Part shown: piece by piece, positions 17,589 to 27,808 of the stretch
Position numbering within the stretch: the stretch's first letter is position 1
Layout of the letters: the number at the start of each line of letters is the position of its first letter
NCBI GenBank assembly: GCA_965655315.1
Contig: CBFHGJ010000008.1
Span: forward strand, 10,959 to 74,958
Direction of reading: 5' to 3'
DNA: 64,000 nt
DNA from: Bacteroidia bacterium
GTDB lineage: Bacteria; Bacteroidota; Bacteroidia; NS11-12g; UBA9320
Translations under genes and position numbers: made by a program
The notes under the pieces: model-generated
What the model saw: the letters and a program-made list of their open reading frames with translations, nothing else
Database searches by the model: none
Told to the model about the DNA's origin: nothing

Positions 17589-17684
17589 AGGGCAAAGTTA
17601 ATTCTAGTTAAAGTTATTTTTATTTTAGTGGAATATTATTGCAAAACGTAATGTCCAATAATTAAATAATTAATTTAATCTTAC

Positions 17685-19172
17685 ATGAATTTAAACAAAT
17701 TAGCTCTATTAGTTTTTTTAGGAATTAGTTCCTTAGTATCCAACGCTCAAAGTTTTGACGGATATGCACTTTATAATTTACAGAATAATAGCACCTCATA
17801 TTTAGTAGATAAAGATGGGAACATAGCTCACTCTTGGGACTGTAATACGAATGCAAACTATGCACTCTTTTTAAAAAACGATGGAAATCTTATCCGACAA
17901 GGAGTATCTGGGTCAGGACTAAATGGAGCAGCTGCTGGTGGAATTATTCAGGAATATGATAAGGATGCTAATGTTGTATGGGAGTTCACCTATTCTAATG
18001 ATGAGCATAGATCACATCATGATTTTACCGTTTTACCCAATGGAAATGTTTTGCTTACCGCTTGGGAAGTTAAGTCTACCGCAGAATTAGCTGCTGCGGG
18101 TAAATCTTCTACATCAGAGAAGTGGCCAACTCATTTCATTGAAGTACAACAAGACGGTACTGGAGGTAAAATCGTATGGGAATGGCACATATGGGATCAT
18201 ATGATTCAAGATGTTGATGACACAAAGCCAAATTTTGGCGTAGTAGCGGATCATCCAGAATTGATGAACATAAATGTTGCTGGTCAAACTAGTAGAAGAG
18301 ACGGAGATTGGTTTCACGTAAATGGGATAGATTATAATGAAGAACTAGATCAAATAGCTTTTAGCTCGAGGTATATGAGTGAAATATATATCATAGATCA
18401 TAGTACCACTACCGAAGAGGCTGCAGGTCACACTGGAGGAAACTCTGGAAAAGGAGGAGACTTTTTGTTTAGATATGGGAATCCTTCAAACTATGGATCA
18501 ACTGTAGCCCAAACCATATCAGCTGCTTGTCACGATGTAAGATGGATAAAGGAAGGTAGACCAAATGCAGGTTGGTTACAGTTTTTTAACAATAATGGAG
18601 GTGGAAGTAGAACTTCTACTGTAGATGCTATTAATCCTGAAAGAGTTGGGTATAATTACACATACACTAATGGATCGTACCAACCTACTTCTCACCAGTG
18701 GAGACACGAGACTAAAGCTTACTCCAGCGGTCAGTCAGCATCTGATAGATTGTCAAATGGCAATGTGTTTGTAGCTGTTTCCAGACAATATATGTATGAG
18801 GTAGATAGTAATGATAATATAGTTTGGCAATACAATGACGGACCTCCAAAAGGATTTAGACGTGAGTGTGATCACCCAGGGATAATAATTTTACTAGATA
18901 ACCCTTGTGAGGTAGAGGTCAGTGGATTAGAAGATATATGGACTAAAACTATCAATCTATTTCCGAATCCATCATACGGCTCTATCACTATCACCGGTTT
19001 AGAGGAGGCTGCAGAATTCGAAATTTCCATCATTGACGTGATTGGCAAGGTGGTTTTATATAGTAAAAATGAATCAGAACTATCTTTAGTAGATTTAGAG
19101 AATGGCCAATATGTAGTGTCAATTTTAACCGATGACACTAGAGTCACAAAATCACTAATTCTAGCACACTAA
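17685..19172 (+). CDS. Arylsulfotransferase (ASST)-like beta-propeller protein with T9SS C-terminal sorting domain
   Basis: Signal peptide; repeated D(G/K)DGN-I-W blades and HHDFTVLPNGNVLLTAWE typical of the Arylsulfotran_2 family. CTD: LFPNPSYGSITITG..GQYVVSI..VTKSLILAH. Confidence 0.6.
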   Translation: MNLNKLALLVFLGISSLVSNAQSFDGYALYNLQNNSTSYLVDKDGNIAHSWDCNTNANYALFLKNDGNLIRQGVSGSGLNGAAAGGIIQEYDKDANVVWEFTYSNDEHRSHHDFTVLPNGNVLLTAWEVKSTAELAAAGKSSTSEKWPTHFIEVQQDGTGGKIVWEWHIWDHMIQDVDDTKPNFGVVADHPELMNINVAGQTSRRDGDWFHVNGIDYNEELDQIAFSSRYMSEIYIIDHSTTTEEAAGHTGGNSGKGGDFLFRYGNPSNYGSTVAQTISAACHDVRWIKEGRPNAGWLQFFNNNGGGSRTSTVDAINPERVGYNYTYTNGSYQPTSHQWRHETKAYSSGQSASDRLSNGNVFVAVSRQYMYEVDSNDNIVWQYNDGPPKGFRRECDHPGIIILLDNPCEVEVSGLEDIWTKTINLFPNPSYGSITITGLEEAAEFEISIIDVIGKVVLYSKNESELSLVDLENGQYVVSILTDDTRVTKSLILAH

Positions 19173-19175
19173 GTA

Positions 19176-21407
19176 GTGAGAAAAGAACTTTTAGCCCTTT
19201 TCTTAGTCGGATTCGTTTGCCACGGTTTTTCACAGACTTGGTTTCACAATTCGGCACACATATCTGAGGTTAAGTTGGTCTTTGAACAAGAGAACTGGGA
19301 TTATATTTTAGACAGCTTCTATGTGGATGGAGATGAGGAGAGACTACTAGCCTCGGTTTGGGTTGATGGTGAGTTTTATGATAGTATTGGCGTCCGGTAT
19401 AAAGGCTTTAGCTCGGTTAGTATTGATAGAGAGAAGAACCCTTTTAATATAAAACTTGATTATGTAAACGATCAAAATCACTTCGGAGTAGAGAAAATAA
19501 AACTTGGAAATGTAATACAAGACCCATCTTTTATGAGAGAGATTGTGTCTTACAAAGTAGCAAGAAACTATATGCCTGCTTCGCAATCTAATTTTTGCAA
19601 AGTCTATATAAATGATGTGTTTTGGGGAGTATATACTAGCGTAGAGTCTGTAGATAATTCGTTTCTTACTCAACACTTCGGTTCATCAAGCGGCACTTTT
19701 ATTAAAGGTAATCCAATTACTGTAAATCTAAATGGTGAGAATAGTAATTTAAGTAACAGTCCTGGAACAGACACTGCTAGCTACGCCACTTATTACGAAT
19801 TGAAATCGGATTATGGGTGGTCCAATTTTTATAATTTAATAGATAAGCTGAATAATAATCCTGCTGATATTGAAGATGTGCTTAACGTGGATAGAGCTTT
19901 ATGGATGCATGCTTTAAACTATACATTAATCAATTTTGATAGCTATATTGGTTATGCTCAGAACTACTACTTGTATGAAGATCACAATGGTCAGTTTAAC
20001 CCTATTTTATGGGATATGAATCAGTCGTTTGGAAGTTTTAGGCTCACTGATGCCTCTAGTTTTTTTAGAGGTTTTAATGTGGAGGAAGCTAAAACTATGG
20101 ATCCAATGGCTCACGTAGATGGATTTTCAGTATACCCAAGGCCATTGATTAGGAATATTATAAATACGGATCAACGCAAAAGAATGTACTTAGCTCATAT
20201 TCGAGCTATAGTAGAAGAGCACTTCTCAAACGGGTCTTATCAGGAGGAACTAGATGCAATACAAGATCTTATTAAATCTGATGTAAACTCAGATCAGAAT
20301 AAGTTCTATTCGTATCAAGACTTTTTAGACAATAAGACTAGCACAGTTCAGGACCTAGTGGAGTATCCAGGAATTACAGATTTAATGGACGCAAGGAGCA
20401 CTTATTTGTTAGGTTATAAAGGCATTTCACCTACAGGAGCACCATCTATTGCTGAGCCAAAAGAGAGTATCAGTAATGGTAGTTATTTGATATCTACGGA
20501 TGTAAGCTCAGCTGCTACAGTTTATCTGTATTATAGAGATCAAATAGGTGGTTTGTTTTCTAGAATGGAGATGAAAGATGATGGACTCTCAGGGGATGAT
20601 CAAGCTTTAGATGGAATTTATGGAGCTGAGGTGTCCAGCAGCAGTGCAAACTTTGATTATTATATCTATGCAGAGAATGATTCTTCTGGAACTTTTTTAC
20701 CAAGCAGTGCAGCTCATAACTTTTACCAGATTAGAGAGGTTAAACAATTAGTAATTAATGAATTCTGTGCTTCTAATTCTAATGTAATAGCAGATGAAGA
20801 TGGGGAGTATGATGATTGGGTAGAGCTTTACAATAATGGAGATACTGCAATAAATCTACTTGGCTATACTTTGTCTGACGATGTAGACGAGCTGAACAAG
20901 TGGAGTTTCCCAAATCTGAGTATTGGTGCTGGAGAATATTTGTTGGTCTGGGCTGATAGTGATGACGGAGCTTTACATGCTAGTTTCAAACTATCCTCTG
21001 GTGGAGAATCTATTTACTTGTCTCGCAACGGAGAAGTGGTAGATGGAATCACCTTTGGTGGTCAGACTACCGATATTACTTATGGCAGATACCCAAATGG
21101 GACTGGTTCTTTAACACTTATGGAGGCAACTCCGAATGCTATTAATGATGGAAAACGACTCTCTGTAAGTGAAATGCCTACAGGTAGAATATCTATATTC
21201 CCAAACCCCTTAACGAATGAATTACATCTCGAATCTAATTTAGAGGGTGAGATTCAAATAATCAATTCTCAAGGACAAATCCTGCTTTCTGGATCTGCAG
21301 TCAAGGGTTTAAATCGCTATAATCTCAGTAGTTTAGCTACAGGGGTATATTTCGTAATACTGAGAAACGACGAAAACAAATTCACTAAAAAATTACTAAA
21401 ATTATGA
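19176..21407 (+). CDS. CotH-family atypical kinase-like protein with lamin-tail domain and T9SS C-terminal sorting domain
   Basis: CotH-like NPFNIKLDY..KLGNVIQDPSFMREIVSYKVARNYMPAS..VYINDVFWGVYTSVESVD. LTD: LVINEFCASN..DDWVELYNNGDTAINLLGYTLSDD..WSFP. CTD: IFPNPLTNELHLES..GVYFVILRND. GTG start 3 nt after the upstream stop. Confidence 0.75.
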   Translation: MRKELLALFLVGFVCHGFSQTWFHNSAHISEVKLVFEQENWDYILDSFYVDGDEERLLASVWVDGEFYDSIGVRYKGFSSVSIDREKNPFNIKLDYVNDQNHFGVEKIKLGNVIQDPSFMREIVSYKVARNYMPASQSNFCKVYINDVFWGVYTSVESVDNSFLTQHFGSSSGTFIKGNPITVNLNGENSNLSNSPGTDTASYATYYELKSDYGWSNFYNLIDKLNNNPADIEDVLNVDRALWMHALNYTLINFDSYIGYAQNYYLYEDHNGQFNPILWDMNQSFGSFRLTDASSFFRGFNVEEAKTMDPMAHVDGFSVYPRPLIRNIINTDQRKRMYLAHIRAIVEEHFSNGSYQEELDAIQDLIKSDVNSDQNKFYSYQDFLDNKTSTVQDLVEYPGITDLMDARSTYLLGYKGISPTGAPSIAEPKESISNGSYLISTDVSSAATVYLYYRDQIGGLFSRMEMKDDGLSGDDQALDGIYGAEVSSSSANFDYYIYAENDSSGTFLPSSAAHNFYQIREVKQLVINEFCASNSNVIADEDGEYDDWVELYNNGDTAINLLGYTLSDDVDELNKWSFPNLSIGAGEYLLVWADSDDGALHASFKLSSGGESIYLSRNGEVVDGITFGGQTTDITYGRYPNGTGSLTLMEATPNAINDGKRLSVSEMPTGRISIFPNPLTNELHLESNLEGEIQIINSQGQILLSGSAVKGLNRYNLSSLATGVYFVILRNDENKFTKKLLKL

Positions 21408-22624
21408 AAAGACTAACTACTGCACTTTTATCAGTTTTCACATTGTTAATGATTTATGCTCAGTCGTTTAGATCATATACGGCTTCTGAAGGATTACCGA
21501 GTAACAACGTTCTGTGCTTAGCAAGTGATCTGAATGGAGTAATGTGGTTTGGTACTCAAAAAGGGATTGCTGTTTATGATGGTGGAAGCTGGGAGGTTAT
21601 GAATACGACTACTCATCCAGGTTTAGCAAATGATAATGTTTCATCTATTCTCATAGCAAGTAATGGAGATGTTTGGGCAGGAGGAGACTTTGGTCTGAGT
21701 CATTATTCTGGAGATACGTGGACGACATATACTACCACTGAAGGTTTAGGAAGTAACAGAATAACTAATCTGACCGAAGTGAGCAATGGAGATATCTGGA
21801 TAAGTGATTTTAACGGAGCTACTCACTATGATGGGTCAACTTTTACTGCTTATAAATCAGCAGATGGATTGCCTTTTGGTGGGGTAGAAGATGTAGTGGA
21901 AATGATGAATGGAGATTTAGTTATGGCTACTGGATTGGGTGGTTTAGCTATTTATGATGGAGCCGACTTTACACTGATTACAGAAAACAATGGATTAGTA
22001 AGCAACAATACAACAGCTCTGGCAATCGATGATTCAGATAATTTATGGGTAGGAACAGCAAGTGGTATTTCAGTTTTTTCGAGTGATCTTACTTGGAAAA
22101 CGAATCATACAAGGATGTATATAATGCCTGAACCAGATACCCTAAATCCTGTAGAAGATATAGTGGTAGATGCAAATGGTGATATATGGACTGGAATTTA
22201 CGTGGATTATCTAGTAACCGTAGGTGGTGTGGCTAAGTTTGATGGGTTAGACTGGACAGATTATGATCAGACTGATGGGATGGTAGGACCTACGATCAGA
22301 GCACTTGCAGTTGATGAAAATGATGCTGTATGGGTAGCGACCAGTTCTGGAGTTACAGTCGTAGGTGAGGTTGGGGCTAGTGTGTATCAAGTTTCACAAA
22401 AAGAGTTAATTGTTTATCCAAATCCTACTCGCGGTAGTATAACTGTGCAGGTAAAAAGTGAAGATATTGGGAAATCATTAAATGTTTACAACACTTTCGG
22501 TCAAGTAGTATTTAATGATTTAACTGTAAATTCATCAAAGTATTTACTTGATATGAATCAGTTTGGTCAAGGAACGTACACCCTCATTCAAGGGGATAAA
22601 AGAATGAAGCTAATAGTTTTATAA
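21404..22624 (+). CDS. Two-component-regulator-propeller (Reg_prop) repeat protein with T9SS C-terminal sorting domain
   Basis: Repeats of the form GLPSNNVLCLASDLNGVMWFGTQKGIAVYDG, GLGSNRITNL..NGDIWIS and GLVSNNTTALAIDDSDNLWVGTASGISVF. CTD: VYPNPTRGSITVQV. ATGA overlap with the upstream gene. Confidence 0.65.
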   Translation: MKRLTTALLSVFTLLMIYAQSFRSYTASEGLPSNNVLCLASDLNGVMWFGTQKGIAVYDGGSWEVMNTTTHPGLANDNVSSILIASNGDVWAGGDFGLSHYSGDTWTTYTTTEGLGSNRITNLTEVSNGDIWISDFNGATHYDGSTFTAYKSADGLPFGGVEDVVEMMNGDLVMATGLGGLAIYDGADFTLITENNGLVSNNTTALAIDDSDNLWVGTASGISVFSSDLTWKTNHTRMYIMPEPDTLNPVEDIVVDANGDIWTGIYVDYLVTVGGVAKFDGLDWTDYDQTDGMVGPTIRALAVDENDAVWVATSSGVTVVGEVGASVYQVSQKELIVYPNPTRGSITVQVKSEDIGKSLNVYNTFGQVVFNDLTVNSSKYLLDMNQFGQGTYTLIQGDKRMKLIVL

Positions 22625-22628
22625 CTTA

Positions 22629-23789
22629 TTAATAACTAGCTTCAACAATCTCTTTCACGGCCTCAGGAGTCACAGCTTTGTGCTCTCCTAGAGCAACCCA
22701 TCCTCTTTCTTTCAGTGTTTCACTTACTTTTTCCGCAGTACCTTCATATTGCTCAGTATAATCAGATAGGTGGGTAGGAATGTCCAGAGACTGAAAGAAT
22801 TGTTCCGTTTTCTCTATGGCTTTTTTTGCTCTTTCTTCCAATGTTCCTTCAGTTATGTTCCATACGCGTTCACCGTATTGAGCTAGTTTCTCTTTTTTGT
22901 TTTCTAAGAAGTAGTGGTAATGTCTAGGAGCTATAATAGCCAGTGTACGAGCGTGGTCTATACCATATAGTGCAGTTAGTTCGTGTCCCATTGCGTGTAT
23001 AGCCCAGTCTGTGGGCACTCCTTTTTGTATAAGTCCATTAAGGGCCAAGGTGCAGCACCACATAAAGTTGGCTGCAGTTTTATAGTCGCTTGGATCTTCC
23101 ATTAGTTTGGGAGCGGTAGCTATTAGGCTACTTAGTATACTTTCTGCAAATCGGTCTTGTAAATCAGCTCCGACCGGATAAGTCATATACTGCTCCATCA
23201 CATGTGTGTAGGCATCTGTTATACCATTGGCCAATTGTTGTTGTGGGATAGTTGACACTACCGTAGGATCTAGAATGCTGAATTGAGGAAATAATCCTGG
23301 TCCACCCATGCCTCGCTTTTCGCCCAATTCTCTTCGTGATATTACAGAGCCACTATTCATCTCAGTACCAGTAGCTGGGAGTGTAAGCACGGTACCAAAA
23401 GGCATTCCTACTTCAGTGCGTTTTCCTTTTGCTAATATATCCCAAGGGTCATCTCCATCATATAGAGCTGCAGATGATAGGAACTTAGTCCCATCTATCA
23501 CAGAGCCACCACCTACTGCTAGCAAGTAGTCTATTTTTTCTGATTTGATGATGGCTAAAGCATCCATCAAAATATCATACTCAGGATTCGCAGGTATTCC
23601 ACTAAACTCAGTGTAGTTGAATCCAGATAAAGCTTCAGTTACTTGATCATAAACTCCATTTTTTTTGATACTTCCCCCGCCATATAGCATTAGGATATTT
23701 GCATCTGCAGGTATCTGAGTCTTTAATTTCTTTATTTCTCCTTTACCGAAAAGGATGTTAACTGGGTTTTGTAATTCGAAGTTGAGCAT
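22629..23789 (-). CDS. Iron-containing (group III) alcohol dehydrogenase, YqhD/butanol dehydrogenase-like
   Basis: LAVGGGSVIDGTKF and the metal-binding HAMGHELTALYGIDHA; 386 aa. Confidence 0.85.
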   Translation of the reverse strand: MLNFELQNPVNILFGKGEIKKLKTQIPADANILMLYGGGSIKKNGVYDQVTEALSGFNYTEFSGIPANPEYDILMDALAIIKSEKIDYLLAVGGGSVIDGTKFLSSAALYDGDDPWDILAKGKRTEVGMPFGTVLTLPATGTEMNSGSVISRRELGEKRGMGGPGLFPQFSILDPTVVSTIPQQQLANGITDAYTHVMEQYMTYPVGADLQDRFAESILSSLIATAPKLMEDPSDYKTAANFMWCCTLALNGLIQKGVPTDWAIHAMGHELTALYGIDHARTLAIIAPRHYHYFLENKKEKLAQYGERVWNITEGTLEERAKKAIEKTEQFFQSLDIPTHLSDYTEQYEGTAEKVSETLKERGWVALGEHKAVTPEAVKEIVEASY

Positions 23790-23835
23790 AAAGAGTAAAC
23801 GAAATAGATGAAAATTAGTTGATTGGTTGTTTTTG

Positions 23836-24492
23836 TTAAAATGAAATCTCCCTCACCACAAATCTCGAGAACATCTCTTCCGAATACCAATCGTGTTTTT
23901 TGGTGAGAGCAATTGCCTTTTTGTGATGCTCGTTTTTGTAAGCAAATTCCATAATGGCTTCTTGATTTTTCCATAGGCTGAAGGTGGCCATCTCCAAAAA
24001 CGGAACATCACCTATCCCTTTAGTGAATATGAGTCCCGGATTATCCCAAAGAGCCTTGTGAGATTTTGGTACGTACCTCCAGAAGCGAATCTGCTGAGAT
24101 AGCTTTACTGATGCTCGGGTGATGACTCCGATGTTATCATCGGGCTGTATTTTTATGTTTTTATCCGCTTCAAAGGGCGTTTTACCATCCCACGTACCGT
24201 GACATTTGATACACTTGAGTTCGTAGTGCGTGATTTTTGAGGACTTGGCTTTGTATTTTGATATGTACTCACTATTCTCAAAAAAACGACTAGCATCTTC
24301 TTCTGATTCCCACACCGCTAAAAAGCCATACTGTCCAAAATCTGGAATCACACTAAAGCCGTCCTTTCCTGTGCCGAGTTTTTTGTAAAACTTCAGCCCT
24401 TTTACATCACTTAGCAGTTTATGACCCATTCCCATCATAGCAAAAGCCCAAAATTTGTGCTTACTGAAGTTAAAAAAGGATAGAGTAATCAT
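23836..24492 (-). CDS. CrtA (spheroidene monooxygenase)-like / carotenoid hydroxylase-like protein
   Basis: N-terminal ITLSFFNFSKHKFWAFAMMG..GFLAVWESEEDASRFF resembles the remembered CrtA family N-terminus, and a second similar half follows. The assignment is tentative. Confidence 0.5.
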   Translation of the reverse strand: MITLSFFNFSKHKFWAFAMMGMGHKLLSDVKGLKFYKKLGTGKDGFSVIPDFGQYGFLAVWESEEDASRFFENSEYISKYKAKSSKITHYELKCIKCHGTWDGKTPFEADKNIKIQPDDNIGVITRASVKLSQQIRFWRYVPKSHKALWDNPGLIFTKGIGDVPFLEMATFSLWKNQEAIMEFAYKNEHHKKAIALTKKHDWYSEEMFSRFVVREISF

Positions 24493-24570
24493 TTTAGGTA
24501 AAAGTAAAACAAGGAATGAAGAAAATTGATTAAAAAGAAAGCATTGCTCGGAAATTTTTAAATTCGTCCA

Positions 24571-26478
24571 ATGGCTAATTTCATAATTGACTCAGAGACA
24601 AAATATCACAAAGACTATGCTTGGGGCGTAGAAAATCTAGAAGAATTCTGGGCAAGCTTTGCAGAGCAAGAATTTACCTGGAAGAAAAAGTGGGATACGG
24701 TATTGGATTATACCCTTAGCCCTAAAGCAGATGAACTGGGTGTTAAATGGTTTGATGGTGCTGAATTGAATATCACAGAAAATTGTATTGATAGACATTT
24801 AGCAACGAAAGGAGATCAAACAGCTATCATTTTTGAAGCAAATGATCCGAATGAGGAAGCCCTGCATATCACCTACAATGAGTTAGCGAAGAATGTGAAC
24901 CGAGTAGCTAATATGCTTAAGGCCAATGGAGCAAAAAAAGGAGATAGAATTTGTCTGTATATGCCTATGGTTCCTGAATTGGCATATTCCGTTTTGGCGT
25001 GTGCTCGCATAGGTGCCGTCCACTCGGTTGTATTTGCAGGATTTAGCGCTAAGAGTTTGGCTGATAGGATTATCGATGCAAGTTGCAACATTGTGGTTAC
25101 TGCTGATGGTGGCTTCAGAGGAGCTAAAACTACCCCATTAAAAGCTATAGTGGATGAAGCATTAGAAAACTGTGATTGTGTAGACAAGGTAATCGTTTAT
25201 CAACGGACGAATTCTAAAGTAACGATGAAGTCTGGAAGAGATGTTTGGTGGCACGAGGAAATAGCCACGGCAAGTGATGTTTGTCCTGCTGAGGTAATGC
25301 AAGCAGAGGACATGTTATTCATCCTCTATACCAGTGGAAGTACAGGCAAACCAAAAGGAATGGTTCACACATGTGGTGGATATATGGTCTACACCAATTA
25401 CAGTTTCCGAAATGTATTTCAGTACCAAGAAGGAGATATCTATTGGTGTACAGCCGATATAGGTTGGATTACAGGACATAGTTATATTGTCTATGGACCA
25501 CTAAGTGCTGGAGCTACTACCGTAATGTTTGAAGGTGTGCCGAGTTACCCAGATATGGGTCGATTCTGGGAAGTAGTAGAAAAGCATAAGGTAAATATTT
25601 TTTACACTGCACCAACTGCCATTCGGGCGTTGGCCTCTTGTGATTTAAGCTTCGTAGATAAGTATGATCTGAGTAGCCTCAAAACTTTAGGTACGGTAGG
25701 AGAACCTATAAATCTTGAAGCTTGGGAATGGTATGATGAACATATTGGCAAACGAAATTGTCCAATCGTAGATACGTGGTGGCAAACAGAAACAGGCGGC
25801 ATAATGATAACAAGTGTTGCAGGAGTTACAAAAGATATACCTACTTATGCTACTCTGCCTTTGCCTGGTATTCAACCTTGTCTGATGGACGAAAACGGGA
25901 ATGAGATCACAGATAAACTAAGTGAAGGAAGATTGTGCATTAAGCATCCTTGGCCAAGTATGGCCCGCACAATTTATGGAAATCATCAGCGATATGCAGA
26001 GACCTATTTTAGTACATTTCCAGGCACCTATTTCACCGGGGACGGAGCTAAGCGAGATTATGATGGGAATTATAGAATAACTGGTCGCGTAGATGATATT
26101 GTAATCGTAAGTGGTCATAACTTAGGTACTGCCGAGATAGAAAATGCTATAAATGAGCATCCCAACGTAGCAGAAAGTGCTGTAGTAGGATATCCTCACG
26201 ACGTAAAAGGGAATAGTATCTATGCTTATGTTACCCTAAAAGGGGAGACTAATACAGATATAGTGGCCGAAATAAGACAGCAAGTAAGTGATACGCTAGG
26301 TCCGATTAGTAAACCGGAGAAAGTGCAGATAACTACCGGATTGCCTAAGACTCGAAGTGGAAAAATAATGCGACGAATCCTACGTAAAGTAGCAGCAAAT
26401 GAATTCGAAAACCTTGGAGACATCTCGACCTTGCTAAATCCTGAATGCGTGGAGGAAGTAATAAAAGGGAAGGTGTAA
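24571..26478 (+). CDS. acs: Acetyl-CoA synthetase
   Basis: YTSGSTGKPKG, WWQTETGG, YFTGDGAKRD and PKTRSGKIMRRILR motifs; 635 aa. Confidence 0.95.
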   Translation: MANFIIDSETKYHKDYAWGVENLEEFWASFAEQEFTWKKKWDTVLDYTLSPKADELGVKWFDGAELNITENCIDRHLATKGDQTAIIFEANDPNEEALHITYNELAKNVNRVANMLKANGAKKGDRICLYMPMVPELAYSVLACARIGAVHSVVFAGFSAKSLADRIIDASCNIVVTADGGFRGAKTTPLKAIVDEALENCDCVDKVIVYQRTNSKVTMKSGRDVWWHEEIATASDVCPAEVMQAEDMLFILYTSGSTGKPKGMVHTCGGYMVYTNYSFRNVFQYQEGDIYWCTADIGWITGHSYIVYGPLSAGATTVMFEGVPSYPDMGRFWEVVEKHKVNIFYTAPTAIRALASCDLSFVDKYDLSSLKTLGTVGEPINLEAWEWYDEHIGKRNCPIVDTWWQTETGGIMITSVAGVTKDIPTYATLPLPGIQPCLMDENGNEITDKLSEGRLCIKHPWPSMARTIYGNHQRYAETYFSTFPGTYFTGDGAKRDYDGNYRITGRVDDIVIVSGHNLGTAEIENAINEHPNVAESAVVGYPHDVKGNSIYAYVTLKGETNTDIVAEIRQQVSDTLGPISKPEKVQITTGLPKTRSGKIMRRILRKVAANEFENLGDISTLLNPECVEEVIKGKV

Positions 26479-26497
26479 GGCTTAAGAGAATGAGGGC

Positions 26498-27526
26498 TTA
26501 GACTTTACTCACTGCTTCTACTAAAGCGGATACATTTTTTTCTGGTGTTGCCCAGCTGGTAATTAATCGAATAGCAGAGTGATCTTCATCTATTTTTCGC
26601 CAGTGGTGAAATGCAAATTGCTCTGCTAGTTTCTCTATTTGAGTGTTTTTAAGAATCGGGAAAATCTGATTGGTAGAAGTTTCTGCCCAAAATGAAACTC
26701 CTTTTTCTACAAATGCGTGCTTCAATTTCATGGCTTGCTCATTTGCATACGCTGCTAATTCGAAGTACAAATCATCCTTAAATAATTCTAAAAACTGCAT
26801 ACCTAAAACACGTCCTTTACTAAGCATAGCTCCTCTTTGTTTTATATGAAAAGAAAATTCCTGTTGTAGTTCAGGGTGATTGATGATAATAGCTTCTCCT
26901 AGAAGAGCTCCATTTTTTGTTCCACCAATCCAAAAAACGTCAGTCAAGCGAGCTATATCTGCAAGTGTTAGATCACAGTCCGTAGACATTATTCCCTGAC
27001 CCAATCTGGCTCCATCCATAAATAAATAGAGCTCCTTTTGCCTACAAAATTCATACAATTCCGTTAACTCTTGCTTGTTATACGTAGTACCCATTTCAGT
27101 AGAATTTGAAATGTACACCATTTTTTGTTTGAGGACGTGGGGCTTATTTGTGTGAGCATCCAATACTTGTTGTGTCAAGTTTGGGTTTAACTTTCCGTTT
27201 ATACTGGGTATGGCATTTACTTTATGCCCGCTAGCTTCTATTGCACCCGTTTCATTGGTATAGATATGACCAGTATCTGCGGCAATAACACTCTCATGTG
27301 GGCGTAAACTTGCGGCAATTACCAGCAGATTAGCTTGAGTTCCTCCACTTATAAAATGCACTCTTGATTTAGGGGTCTCAATCCTTTGTAAAATTAGTTT
27401 TGCAGCTTGGGCACAATAGGTATCAGCACCGTAACCATCTTGTTGAACCAAATTAGTATTGCTAAGAGCATCTAAAATACGTGGATGGCATCCTTCGGAA
27501 TAGTCGTTTTTGAAAGAGATAAGCAT
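26498..27526 (-). CDS. ltaE: Low-specificity threonine aldolase (beta-eliminating lyase family, PLP-dependent)
   Basis: FKNDYSEGCHPRIL, SGGTQANL and the GGTKNG Lys region; 342 aa. Confidence 0.8.
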   Translation of the reverse strand: MLISFKNDYSEGCHPRILDALSNTNLVQQDGYGADTYCAQAAKLILQRIETPKSRVHFISGGTQANLLVIAASLRPHESVIAADTGHIYTNETGAIEASGHKVNAIPSINGKLNPNLTQQVLDAHTNKPHVLKQKMVYISNSTEMGTTYNKQELTELYEFCRQKELYLFMDGARLGQGIMSTDCDLTLADIARLTDVFWIGGTKNGALLGEAIIINHPELQQEFSFHIKQRGAMLSKGRVLGMQFLELFKDDLYFELAAYANEQAMKLKHAFVEKGVSFWAETSTNQIFPILKNTQIEKLAEQFAFHHWRKIDEDHSAIRLITSWATPEKNVSALVEAVSKV

Positions 27527-27808
27527 TCCTTAAGTCTAAATTGATGTTCAAAAATAGGCTTATTGAAATATTAGGAGTTTTTCTACTCCATCGGTACTAT
27601 ATTTTGCAAACAAGAGAGCTATTCTATTAGTAATTAGTTTTACCCTTTATGCATTTATAAGTTTCACAGAACCGATACTTTTTGGTTTGTTTTGCAGGGA
27701 GGGAGGTTTTTTCTGGGCAATATTACTGTCTGACCCGTTAGACCTACCTGTATACTACCCAAGCAAAAGAACAATTAGACCTATGAGCCGTTAATAAAAC
27801 AAGCTGAA

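Noticed and set aside
27735-27793. Direct repeats TTAGACCTA (27738-46 and 27775-83) and CCGTTA (27735-40 and 27788-93) upstream of the receptor gene
   Set aside because: A 9-mer repeated within about 50 bp is expected roughly ten times by chance in 64 kb, so this is not significant on its own. It is mentioned only as part of the long-leader observation.
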